Below, piece after piece: positions 20,505 to 29,803 of a DNA stretch of 64,000 bases. The translations under genes and the position numbers were made by a program. The notes under the pieces were generated by a model. That model did not search any database. It worked only from the letters and a program-made list of their open reading frames with translations, and had not been told where the DNA came from. The DNA is taken from the NCBI GenBank assembly GCA_965248695.1, contig CBDFKD010000002.1, positions 3,520,001 through 3,584,000 of the forward strand, in the 5' to 3' direction. Position 1 is the stretch's first letter. Each line of letters opens with the position of its first letter. Source of the stretch: Acidobacteriota bacterium (lineage in GTDB: Bacteria; Acidobacteriota; UBA890; WLXD01).

Positions 20505-21218
20505 TCAGCGCTGGAACATCTCGACGATCTCGACTTCGAAGATCAGGGAGTCTCCCGGCTGGATTACGCCGCCGGGGCGCGGGTTGTCGCCGTACGCCAG
20601 ATCGGTCGGGATGTACAGCTTGTGCTTCGAGCCCAGCGACATCAGCTGCAGCCCCTCGGTCCAACCGGCGATGACCTGGTTCACGGCGAACTGCGACGGG
20701 TTGTCGGGTTCGGTCTCGTCGAACAGGTCGCCGTTGATGCGCGTGCCGCGATAGAGGACCTTGACCACATCGGTCTCCTTCGCCAGCGATCCGTCGCCCT
20801 CGACCAGAACCTCATACTGCAACCCGCTCGCCGTCACGCGCACGCCTTCTCGCCGTGCGTTGTCCTCCAGGAAAGCCGCCCCGGCAGCGCGATTCTCGGT
20901 CCCCATTCCTGCCCGCGCCTCGGTCATAATCTCGCTGAACGCCAGCATCGCCTGCTGCCTCTCGACCTCCGTCATGCGGCTCTCGGCGCCGATCAGACCG
21001 TCGCGGATGCCGGCAAACAGGGCGTCGTGATCGAGCGGCATGGAGCTTCCCTGCTTGCCGATGCCCCAGCCGTAGCCGTAGCTGCCCCGCTGCTCCGGGG
21101 TTTCCAACTCAACGTCAGCGCTCGACGGCGTTGCCGACGAGCTGGAAGAGGTCTCGGCCGGCTGGCAGCCCACCGCCGCAACACAGACGACAAGTATGAG
21201 AGAGCACCATTGCTTCAT
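20505..21218 (-). CDS. FKBP-type peptidyl-prolyl isomerase (FkpA/Mip-like lipoprotein)
   Basis: Lipobox AVGC; TASGLQYEVL, VIAGWTEGLQLM, LAYG, LIFEVE. Confidence 0.93.
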   Translation of the reverse strand: MKQWCSLILVVCVAAVGCQPAETSSSSSATPSSADVELETPEQRGSYGYGWGIGKQGSSMPLDHDALFAGIRDGLIGAESRMTEVERQQAMLAFSEIMTEARAGMGTENRAAGAAFLEDNARREGVRVTASGLQYEVLVEGDGSLAKETDVVKVLYRGTRINGDLFDETEPDNPSQFAVNQVIAGWTEGLQLMSLGSKHKLYIPTDLAYGDNPRPGGVIQPGDSLIFEVEIVEMFQR

Positions 21219-21281
21219 TCGGAAATCCTCCGCCACAGCCCCTGAGTAACCGGTCGAGAAGCTAGCACGAGCGACCGGCGC

Positions 21282-21974
21282 TCATTCGCCGCCCAACTCG
21301 ATCAGGCGCCGGTACAACAACAGGTTGAACTCGGCGCCGGTGATACCGGTATGCAGCAGCGGATCGTCGGTCTCTGGCTCGATCTCCAGCGCCGCCGACA
21401 AGCCGGCACCGTAGACCTGACGGTAGCCCATCGACCAGGCCATGGATGGCAGATCAAGCAGGTGATAGGAGACCAGGTCGACCTGTAGCTCGCGCCAGTC
21501 GCGATGGGCCGCACGGAAGAGATGATCCAGGAAGGCAGCGTCGAACCACACGTTGAACGCGGTCAGCAAGATCATCCGTTGGTCCGCGTTCGATCGCAGG
21601 AACTCGACGATCTCCTCGACCGCCTGCTCAACTGGAACCGCGGCCAGACTCTCCCATCGATCCGGCGCGAAGCCGTTCACAGCCGCCGCACCCGGCGACA
21701 GGCGCTCCGGGTGCTCGGGCATGATGCGGCGGAACAGACGCGCCACCTCGACGCCCTGCAGGTCGGACAGGATCAGGCCGATGTCGATCATCTCGTGATG
21801 ACCCGGCGTCAGGCCGGTAGTCTCTGCGTCCAGGAACGCCAGCAACCAGCGATCCGGCGCATCGGAGGGCAGCACGAGCTGTGGGCCGGCAGCGGCGCTG
21901 CCGGCCCACAGCAGGCTCGCTGCGTACACTCCAATCATTACCCGTGTGTGCCCACGCCTCGGTCGATGAATCAT
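21282..21974 (-). CDS. DEDD/DnaQ-family 3'-5' exonuclease-like protein with signal peptide
   Basis: FLDAETTGL (ExoI), FNVWFDAAFL (ExoII), LDLPSMA, HTGITGA (degenerate ExoIII); GGAGG upstream of ATG 21974. Confidence 0.8.
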   Translation of the reverse strand: MIHRPRRGHTRVMIGVYAASLLWAGSAAAGPQLVLPSDAPDRWLLAFLDAETTGLTPGHHEMIDIGLILSDLQGVEVARLFRRIMPEHPERLSPGAAAVNGFAPDRWESLAAVPVEQAVEEIVEFLRSNADQRMILLTAFNVWFDAAFLDHLFRAAHRDWRELQVDLVSYHLLDLPSMAWSMGYRQVYGAGLSAALEIEPETDDPLLHTGITGAEFNLLLYRRLIELGGE

Positions 21975-22100
21975 CGCTACCTCCCGTCCTGGTCTGGTGC
22001 GGGCGTCAGCTCTGGTCCGCCACGCCGCCTCTCGGGGGGTACGGTATCCTGCGGCAGCACGCCTACCCGATCCGAACTCGGCTGACAAAAGGAACTTCCC

Positions 22101-23393
22101 ATGACCCGTCCCGGCTCGATGCATCGCCTGCTCGTGTTGACCGCTCTTGTGTGCGCGCTGGCGCTGTCGAATGTCGCGCTCGCGCAGCAGCTTCCGGTAG
22201 CAGTTCCGGAAGCCGTGGGCGTCTCGAGTACACGCCTGGATCGCTTGAGCGACGTTCTGCGGGGCTACGTCGACGGCGGCCAGCTTTCGGGCTTGGTAGC
22301 GCTGCTCACCCGCCGCGGGCGGGTCGTCTATCACGAGGCGTTCGGGCAGCGCGATGTGGAGAGCGGGGCACCGATGCAGCGCGATGCCATCTTCCGGATC
22401 GCCTCCCAATCCAAGGCCGTGACCAGCGTCGCGGCGATGATGCTGATCGAGGAGGGACGCATGCTGCTCTCCGACCCGGTCGGCAAGTACCTGCCGGCGT
22501 ACGCCGAGACCTCGGTTGCGATCGTCGGAGACGATGGCGGCTACGACATCGAGGAGTCCAGGCGGCCGATCACGGTGCGTGATCTGCTGACACACTCTGC
22601 CGGCATCTCGTACGGCGACGGCCCGGCAATCGCCGCCTACAAAGAAGCCGGGATCTACGGCTGGTATTTCGCCGACCGGGACGAGCCCATCGGCACCACG
22701 GTGGATCAACTGGCAACGCTGCCGTTCAACGCGCATCCAGGCGACGAATGGATCTATGGATACGCTAGCGACATTCTCGGAGCGTTGATCGAACGTGTCG
22801 CGGGAACCGATCTCGACTCGTTCTTTCAGCAGAGGATTCTCGATCCTCTCGGCATGGTCGACACGCACTTCTACCTGCCAATGGGAAAGCGTGACCGACT
22901 TACGACGGTCTACGCCGCCACGCCCGATGGTGGCATCGAGCGGTCGCCGGACATCGGCGACAGCATGCTCGTTCAAGGTGCCTACGTAGAAGGACCGCGC
23001 AAGAGTTTCTCAGGCGGTGCCGGGCTGCTGTCGACCGCTAGCGACTACGCACGCTTCCTGCAGATGCTGCTCGAGGGTGGCGAGCTCGACGGCGAGCGTC
23101 TCCTGAGCCCGAAGACGGTCGAGCTGATGACCGTCAATCACGTCGGCCAGCGCTTCGCCTGGGGCTCCGGAGCCGGTTTCGGCCTCGGGTTTGCCGTGAC
23201 GCTGGATCTCGGTGCAACCGGTCAGCACGGCAGTGACGGCACGTTCAGCTGGGGTGGCGCTTACCACACGACCTACTGGGTCGACCCGGCCGAGGAGCTC
23301 GTAGCAGTGCTCATGACGCAGTTGATTCCGGCCGGCAACAGCGACCTGCATCAGAAGTTCCAGGCGCTGGTCTATCAGAGCCTCGTTCGCTAG
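22101..23393 (+). CDS. Secreted serine hydrolase (class C beta-lactamase-like)
   Basis: FRIASQSK (SxxK), LLTHSAG, WIYG, FSWGG. Confidence 0.92.
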   Translation: MTRPGSMHRLLVLTALVCALALSNVALAQQLPVAVPEAVGVSSTRLDRLSDVLRGYVDGGQLSGLVALLTRRGRVVYHEAFGQRDVESGAPMQRDAIFRIASQSKAVTSVAAMMLIEEGRMLLSDPVGKYLPAYAETSVAIVGDDGGYDIEESRRPITVRDLLTHSAGISYGDGPAIAAYKEAGIYGWYFADRDEPIGTTVDQLATLPFNAHPGDEWIYGYASDILGALIERVAGTDLDSFFQQRILDPLGMVDTHFYLPMGKRDRLTTVYAATPDGGIERSPDIGDSMLVQGAYVEGPRKSFSGGAGLLSTASDYARFLQMLLEGGELDGERLLSPKTVELMTVNHVGQRFAWGSGAGFGLGFAVTLDLGATGQHGSDGTFSWGGAYHTTYWVDPAEELVAVLMTQLIPAGNSDLHQKFQALVYQSLVR

Positions 23394-23561
23394 CAGACCG
23401 TGGTGGAAGTGTCGCAACCCTTTGGGCGACAAGGGGTTGCGCGCGTATGCTGCGTCGTTCGTCGTCAACGATGGGGTAACCATCGCCTCCTCCTCTCTCC
23501 TTGCCTCCACCTCGCAAGACCCTGTCGCCAGGCCCGCCACACTTCCACCACGGCCTGCTAG
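23390..23561. mobile_element. MITE-like element, short copy (172 bp including flanking CTAGs)
   Basis: CTAGCAGACCGTGGTGGAAGTGT...ACACTTCCACCACGGCCTGCTAG terminal inverted repeats; near-identical to part of 41235..41513. Confidence 0.85.
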
Positions 23562-23601
23562 CCCGGTGGCGCTCGCGAATCGTCTATTTGCGGCAAACGA
23601 G

Positions 23602-26079
23602 CTAGCTGACCTCGACCGTACCGGGCACAGGATCGCCTGCTGTCATCGCCCGGTACTCGTCGGGAGTGAATGAGTCGACCTGGATGACGTCGTCGCGGGC
23701 CGCCTCGGCGGCGCGCAACAGCTCGGCTTCCGCGGCCGTGATCAGGCCGGCAGCCACGGCGTCGCCAACGAGGGTAGCGGGATCGGCCTTCGGCAACTGT
23801 CGGTCGCGCACCGCCGCTTTGATCTTGCGAGCCACCCCCTCGGCCTCGAAGCTGAGCTCGAATGCCTGCTCCAGCCGTCCCAAGCTCTGGGTGGCGCTGT
23901 CGGGCAGATAGATGCCGGCGGTCAGTCGATCGCGCTGCTCGCCCGGCGTCTGCAGGATACGCGCTACCATACCGGCAAGGCGATCGTCCGGGCGTTGCCC
24001 GATGCGGTTCCAGCGCGCGAACGCCGCCACCGGGCCGCGAAGTAGCGGGCCCAGGAACGGGGCGTCGAGATTCTGCAGTATCCCCTCGAGCGCCTCCTGG
24101 ATACGCGCGAACGCGTCCATCATCGACCAGTGCAGCAGCGGCAGGTCCTCCAGGCGTCGCCCCTCGGCCTCGAAGCGGCGCAGCACGGCGCTCCCGAGGT
24201 ACATCCAGGAGAACACGTCGGCGAAGCGTCCGGTCAGCGCGCCCTTGCGTTTGAGCTGCCCACCGAGCGTCGACATCGCCAGGTCGGCAAGCAGGGCAAA
24301 CGTGGTCGATGTCCAGGCCAGCTTGCGGTAGTACACCGCCGCCGGACCACTGACCGGCGATCTGGCAAGCCGCCCACGGGTCAGTCCTAGGACGATCGTG
24401 CGGCAGAGGTTACGAACCACCCCGCCGACATGACCGCAGAACGCGGCGTCGAATGCCCGGCGATCATTGGCTGCCAATGCCTCGATCTCGTTGTACGCGA
24501 ACGGGTGGGAGCGGATGGCCCCCTGACCGAAGACGATGAGCGTGCGCGTCAGGATGTTGGCCCCTTCCACCGTGATGCTGACCGGTACTCCGGACCAGCC
24601 GTTGGCGATCAGGTTGCGCGGCCCCTGCATGATCGCGGCGCCGCCCAGAATGTCCATACCGTCTGCAACCGCCCGCCGTGACATCTCGGTCAGGTTGTAC
24701 TTGGCGATCGCGGTGATGACCGCGGGCTGCCCATGCGCGTCCAGCGCGCCGTTGGTGTAGCGGCGCGCCGCCTCCGCTACATAAGCAATTCCGGCGATCC
24801 GCGCCAGCGGCTCCTGGATGCCCTCGAACTTGCCGATCGACATGCCGAACTGGTGGCGCACGGCGGCGTACGCGCCGGCGACGCGAGCAACGAACTTGGC
24901 GCCGCCAGCGGCCGATCCAGGAAGCGAGATTCCGCGGCCGGCCGCGAGACACTCCATGAGCATTTGCCAGCCTCGGCCGGCCCCTTCCGCTCCGCCGATG
25001 ATGGCGTCGATCCCGACCACGACGTCGCTGCCCGTAGTGGGCCCATTGTCGAAGGGAGGGCCGAGCGGATCGTGACGACGACCGACCTCGACACCCGGAG
25101 TAGCAGTCGACACCAGCGCGCAGGTGATGCCGGGTGTCGTCCCCTTCCCCAGCAGGTTCTCAGGGTCGCTGAGCTGGAACGCGATGCCGAGCAGCGTCGA
25201 CACCGGGGCGAGCGTGATGTAGCGCTTGTTCCAGGTCAGTCGGAGCCGGAGCTCGCCGTCGTCGTCCCGGAACACGGTGCCGTCCGATGTCATCGAGCCG
25301 GCATCGGACCCCGCTGTAGGCTCGGTGAGCGCGAAACACGGGATCTCCTCGGCGCGGGCCAGGCGCGGCAGATAGTAGTTCTTCTGCTCCTCCGTGCCGT
25401 AGCGGATGAGCAACTCCGAGGGCCCCAGCGAGTTCGTTACCCCGACGGGTACCTGCAGCTGCGTCGACCGCGACGCCAGCTTGCCGAGCACGGCGCTGTT
25501 GGCGGAAGCGGAGAATCCGAGACCTCCGTACTCCTCGGGAATGATCATGCCAAAAAAGCGGTGCTCGCCGTACAGCTTCCAGACCTGCGCAGGAAGCGCC
25601 CGATCGCGGCACGCCTCGTAGTCGTCGGTAAGGCGGCAGAGTTCCTCGACCGGGCCATCAAGGAACGCTTGCTCCTCGGTGGTCAACCCCGGGTAGGGCT
25701 CAGTTGCCAGACGATGGAGATCGGGCGTGCCGGAGAACAGATCGCGGTCGACCCACACGGTCCCGGCCTCGATGGCGATACGCTCGGTGTCCGAGATCTT
25801 CGGCAACAGCCGCAGCTTGCGAATCGCCCCCATTACCGACGCGATCACCAGCACCCGGCGCAGCGGCCCGAGGTTGAGCACCAGCGCCGGTGTTACGAAC
25901 ACCGCCCAGGCCCAGCTCGGAGCGCCGAGCCCCCAGAGCATGGCCACCCCGGCAAGCGTCCAGATCGGCAGACGAGCCCCACGAAAACCCAACACCAGCG
26001 CCAGGATGCCGGTCGCGGCGATCGTTACCAGGAGCGGTAGAGTTGCCAAGGCTCCGTAGGTGGCGAGAAACGTGTTCAT
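23602..26079 (-). CDS. fadE: Acyl-CoA dehydrogenase FadE-like (long form)
   Basis: ISDTERIAIEAG, CFALTEPTAGSDA, GRGISLP, ITVEGANILTR, C-terminal DUF1974-like region ending IQVDSF. Confidence 0.92.
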   Translation of the reverse strand: MNTFLATYGALATLPLLVTIAATGILALVLGFRGARLPIWTLAGVAMLWGLGAPSWAWAVFVTPALVLNLGPLRRVLVIASVMGAIRKLRLLPKISDTERIAIEAGTVWVDRDLFSGTPDLHRLATEPYPGLTTEEQAFLDGPVEELCRLTDDYEACRDRALPAQVWKLYGEHRFFGMIIPEEYGGLGFSASANSAVLGKLASRSTQLQVPVGVTNSLGPSELLIRYGTEEQKNYYLPRLARAEEIPCFALTEPTAGSDAGSMTSDGTVFRDDDGELRLRLTWNKRYITLAPVSTLLGIAFQLSDPENLLGKGTTPGITCALVSTATPGVEVGRRHDPLGPPFDNGPTTGSDVVVGIDAIIGGAEGAGRGWQMLMECLAAGRGISLPGSAAGGAKFVARVAGAYAAVRHQFGMSIGKFEGIQEPLARIAGIAYVAEAARRYTNGALDAHGQPAVITAIAKYNLTEMSRRAVADGMDILGGAAIMQGPRNLIANGWSGVPVSITVEGANILTRTLIVFGQGAIRSHPFAYNEIEALAANDRRAFDAAFCGHVGGVVRNLCRTIVLGLTRGRLARSPVSGPAAVYYRKLAWTSTTFALLADLAMSTLGGQLKRKGALTGRFADVFSWMYLGSAVLRRFEAEGRRLEDLPLLHWSMMDAFARIQEALEGILQNLDAPFLGPLLRGPVAAFARWNRIGQRPDDRLAGMVARILQTPGEQRDRLTAGIYLPDSATQSLGRLEQAFELSFEAEGVARKIKAAVRDRQLPKADPATLVGDAVAAGLITAAEAELLRAAEAARDDVIQVDSFTPDEYRAMTAGDPVPGTVEVS

Positions 26080-26323
26080 CTCAGGCCTCGACGGCAGGGG
26101 TGGCAGGCGAGCTCACACCCCTATGGTACGACGATCAGACCGAGCCGTCTGGGCCTCGCGCGCAATGTCCAGATCCACGAGCGCCGCGCGCGATGTTGGG
26201 TATTCCTCCACATTCATCGTGTCTGTTGCCGTAGCCTCCCGGTTGCATCGGAGATCGCATTGAGCGTAGATGCGACCAGACCGACACCGGCCCCAGAGGC
26301 TATTTCAAATCGGAGAACTGTTG

Positions 26324-27865
26324 ATGGGCTTCCGCATCCGATGCACAAGGACGATCGTTCTCACCGGTGCGTTCGCGGCGAGCCTGGGAGCAACAGCCGA
26401 CGCGGCACAGCAACGCCAAACCGAACAAAGCCTGCTCGACCCCGCACGGCCTCTCAGCGCCGAGATCGCTACCAGCATCGACGACGGCTTCACCTTCGCG
26501 GCGATCGGCGATTGCATCATCTCCCGCCCACATTCCCAGATGCTCGAGACCGAGCCCGCCTTCGCGGCGGTGATGAAGATCATCCGCGAGGCCGACGTCA
26601 GCTTCGGCAACCTCGAGACCAGCCTCATCGACATCCGTCGATTCGAGGGTTACCCGGAGGCGGAGGACGGCGGCTGCTGGTGCATTGCCACACCGGATAC
26701 CGCCCAGGATCTCAGAGACCTCGGCTTCGACATGTTCTCGCGCTCCAACAACCACGCGCTCGACTGGGGACGCGCCGGTATGCGCGAAACCAGCGACTGG
26801 CTCGACCGTGCCGGGCTGGTGCACGCTGGATCCGGAGAGCACCGCGCCGAAGCACGGGCGCCGCGATTCCTCGAGACGCCTAAGGGGCGCGTGGGCCTCG
26901 TATCGGTGGCCTCTACCTTCGCCGAGTTTTCCGAGGCCGCGCCGCCGCGCGGCGCCGCGCCCGGCCGGCCCGGACTCAATGCCCTGAAGACGACCCGCCA
27001 CACGATCGTCACCGAGTCGATGATGCGATCGCTGCTACACCTGCGTGACGCAACCGACGAGCAACGACGCGCCAACAACGCTGACACCGCGCGCCCCGAC
27101 ACCGATCCCGACCCGGCCGTTGGCGAGGCGCCGCACGGGAAGCAAACCGAGACAGCAGAGCCGCTTCCGACCGAGCTGCGGCTGTTCGACACCAGCTTCC
27201 GTCTCGGCGATCAGCCCGGCTATCAGTACGACATGGACGAGGTCGACCTACACGAGAACCTCCACAGCATTCGCGAGGGGAAACAGCTATCGGATTTCCT
27301 GGTGGTCTCGATTCACGTGCACGAGACCGGGCTCGGCCACGACGAGCTGGCCGACTTCTTGCCGAGCTTTGCGCGCGCCGCCATCGATGCAGGTGCCGAC
27401 GCATTCGTCGGCCATGGGACCCACCGGCTGCGGCCGATCGAGATCTACAACGGCCGTCCGATCTTCTACGGCCTCGGAGACTTCTTCTGGAGCGACATGC
27501 AGGGCCCGTTCGGAAACGACTACTTCGAGGAGTACGCCGACGATCTCGACAACACGTTCGGAGAGGGGCACGACGTCACCGATGCCGAGCTCTTTCTGAT
27601 GCTGGCGGGACCCAAGTTCGGCTTCGACGATGAGCTCGTATACCAGACCGTCGTGCCGGTAAGCCGCTACGAGAAAGGAGACCTCGCCGAGCTGCGCTTG
27701 TACCCGGTGGACCTCGGCCACGACCGTCGGCTGACCGAGAGCGGCATACCGAGGCTAGCCGAACCCGCCCTGGCGCAGCAGATCCTTCATCGCTTGGCCA
27801 AGATGTCGGCGCCGTTCGGCACCGTGATACAGATCGAGGACGGTGTCGGAGTCATCCGACCATAG
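26324..27865 (+). CDS. CapA-family (PGA_cap metallophosphatase-like) secreted protein
   Basis: AIGD, FGNLET, SNNHALDWG, SIHVHE, GHGTHRLRPIEIY, YGLGDF. Confidence 0.88.
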   Translation: MGFRIRCTRTIVLTGAFAASLGATADAAQQRQTEQSLLDPARPLSAEIATSIDDGFTFAAIGDCIISRPHSQMLETEPAFAAVMKIIREADVSFGNLETSLIDIRRFEGYPEAEDGGCWCIATPDTAQDLRDLGFDMFSRSNNHALDWGRAGMRETSDWLDRAGLVHAGSGEHRAEARAPRFLETPKGRVGLVSVASTFAEFSEAAPPRGAAPGRPGLNALKTTRHTIVTESMMRSLLHLRDATDEQRRANNADTARPDTDPDPAVGEAPHGKQTETAEPLPTELRLFDTSFRLGDQPGYQYDMDEVDLHENLHSIREGKQLSDFLVVSIHVHETGLGHDELADFLPSFARAAIDAGADAFVGHGTHRLRPIEIYNGRPIFYGLGDFFWSDMQGPFGNDYFEEYADDLDNTFGEGHDVTDAELFLMLAGPKFGFDDELVYQTVVPVSRYEKGDLAELRLYPVDLGHDRRLTESGIPRLAEPALAQQILHRLAKMSAPFGTVIQIEDGVGVIRP

Positions 27866-28006
27866 TGAGGTGGCCAGGACACCACCGCGCGGCATGACCA
27901 GACGACAGCACCGACGCTTCCGCTTGCTTCAGAACGGGCGCCGCCAGAGAATCGCGCCGGTTCCGCAATCCGGTCCGGCCGTGCCGCCGCTCCCGAGGAG
28001 GGATTG

Positions 28007-28762
28007 ATGATGAAGCACCGTCGGTCGACCGCGCTGCTGGCGACCGCGGCGCTGACGGTGGCCTGCGGGTCGGATCCGCTGCCCGACGCCGAGCTCGTGG
28101 TGCTCGAGCGCGAGCTCGCCAGCCTGTCGCGTTACCGCGAGCTCGATTTCGGAACCGTGCTGGGCGAAGGCGACATGGTCATCGTCGTGCACGAGCGCAC
28201 GCTGGCGGAGCTGGTGACCGCGACGCTGCCGGTGGAGCAGACCATCGACAATCGCTTTCATGTCCAGCTGCGCTCAGCCGAGGTCGATTTCCGCACCGGG
28301 CTGGCGCTGGTGCAGTTCAGCGGTCGCATCTCGCTGGTGGACCGTCCCGGTGTGTTCGTCGACGCCACCGTGTTCGGGCTCTTGCAGATCGCTGGTTTGG
28401 ATCAGACGCTCGGCGTGTTGCTCGCCAAGGTCGAGATCCTCGCCGTTCAGGCGCAGGAGGTCAGCGTCGGCGGATGGTCCGCCCCTGCTGCTCGGCTGGC
28501 GTCGGAGCTCGCGACCCGCAAGGGCAACGAGTTCAACCGGCTGTTCGGCGATCTGCCGGTGCCGATTCTTCTCGAGAGCAACGTCCACCTGCCGGCAGTC
28601 GAGGACAACGACGTGACGATTCCAGCCGTCAGCATCCCGCTCGCTGCCCGGGTCGGACGCGTGCTGACCGCGGACGAACGACTGTGGATCGTGATTGATA
28701 TCGAGGTCAAAGCAGGGACCCCGTTAACGGATGCGGTAGCAACCGAGCCCGGATCGCCATGA
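28007..28762 (+). CDS. Hypothetical lipoprotein A
   Basis: GAGGAGG RBS; lipobox TVAC; beta-rich body. Confidence 0.8.
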   Translation: MMKHRRSTALLATAALTVACGSDPLPDAELVVLERELASLSRYRELDFGTVLGEGDMVIVVHERTLAELVTATLPVEQTIDNRFHVQLRSAEVDFRTGLALVQFSGRISLVDRPGVFVDATVFGLLQIAGLDQTLGVLLAKVEILAVQAQEVSVGGWSAPAARLASELATRKGNEFNRLFGDLPVPILLESNVHLPAVEDNDVTIPAVSIPLAARVGRVLTADERLWIVIDIEVKAGTPLTDAVATEPGSP

Positions 28763-29772
28763 TCCGCGACCCGCGACGATCCCGACTTCGACTCGTGGTC
28801 GGGCTCGGGCTCGTTGGCCTTGCCTCCGGCTGCGGTGCCAATGACCCCACCAGCGACGAGGCGCTGGCCGTATTGCGTCAGCAGGTCGCCGCCCTTCGAG
28901 CCACGGTGGATACGCGGCTGGATCCGGAGATCATGCTGGCCGGCGAGGCGCTCGAGAGCGCTGACATCGTCGTACGCCTCCGCGTCGGTATGCTGCAGGA
29001 GCTGCTCACCGCCGCATCGTCGCAGTATCTGGACGACGTGCGGCTGCACCTGAGTCCGGGAACGGTGGCGCAAGAGGACAAGGAGGTATCGACGCGCATC
29101 GGTCCGATCCGTGTGCACGCCGGGCGCTGGCGGCTCGAAGTCAGTATCAACGACATCCAGGCAACGCTGCGCGCCCACGAGCCAACGATCAGCGTCGACG
29201 ACGACGAGCGCTTCGCGCTCCACCTCCCGGCGCATGTGGAAGGCGGTCGCGGCACCGCGCGCATCAAGTTCGAGTGGGATGCCGCCTTCGTAACCAGTGT
29301 GATCTGTCGCGACTTCCAGGTTGATGAGACGTTCTCGGCCATCGTGTCCACACGTGACTACGAGCTCGACGGCCATTTTCAGATCACACCGGTCGACGGT
29401 GGACTGGTGCTCGACCCCGACTTCCCCCAGCGCCTCGACGTGCAACCGGAGCCCACCGAGGAATCCTGGGCGCATATTCGCGAGCTGCTGAAGTCGCAGG
29501 ACAAGATCTTTCGCTGTGGCATTGCCCTGAACGCCGAGAGCATGGAGGCTCGGCTACGGGAGATCCTGCGCAAGGGGTTTCGCTTCCGTCTGCCGGACAG
29601 CGTGCTGCGACCGATCGCGTTGCCGTCGAGCGTCAGCGAGACGGTCGCCCTTGCTGGCCACACGCTCAACGTCGCGGCCTCGCCGTCGGGCGTGAAGCTG
29701 ACGCCGGAGTGGCTCTGGTACGGCATCGCCGTCGAGTTGACTCACGAGGACGAGTCGCAGCACTCCGAGTAG
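28759..29772 (+). CDS. Hypothetical lipoprotein B
   Basis: ATGA overlap with previous gene; lipobox ASGC; beta-rich body. Confidence 0.8.
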   Translation: MIRDPRRSRLRLVVGLGLVGLASGCGANDPTSDEALAVLRQQVAALRATVDTRLDPEIMLAGEALESADIVVRLRVGMLQELLTAASSQYLDDVRLHLSPGTVAQEDKEVSTRIGPIRVHAGRWRLEVSINDIQATLRAHEPTISVDDDERFALHLPAHVEGGRGTARIKFEWDAAFVTSVICRDFQVDETFSAIVSTRDYELDGHFQITPVDGGLVLDPDFPQRLDVQPEPTEESWAHIRELLKSQDKIFRCGIALNAESMEARLREILRKGFRFRLPDSVLRPIALPSSVSETVALAGHTLNVAASPSGVKLTPEWLWYGIAVELTHEDESQHSE

Positions 29773-29803
29773 CTGGAACCCGCGTCGGCCACCCGCGCGT
29801 GCC

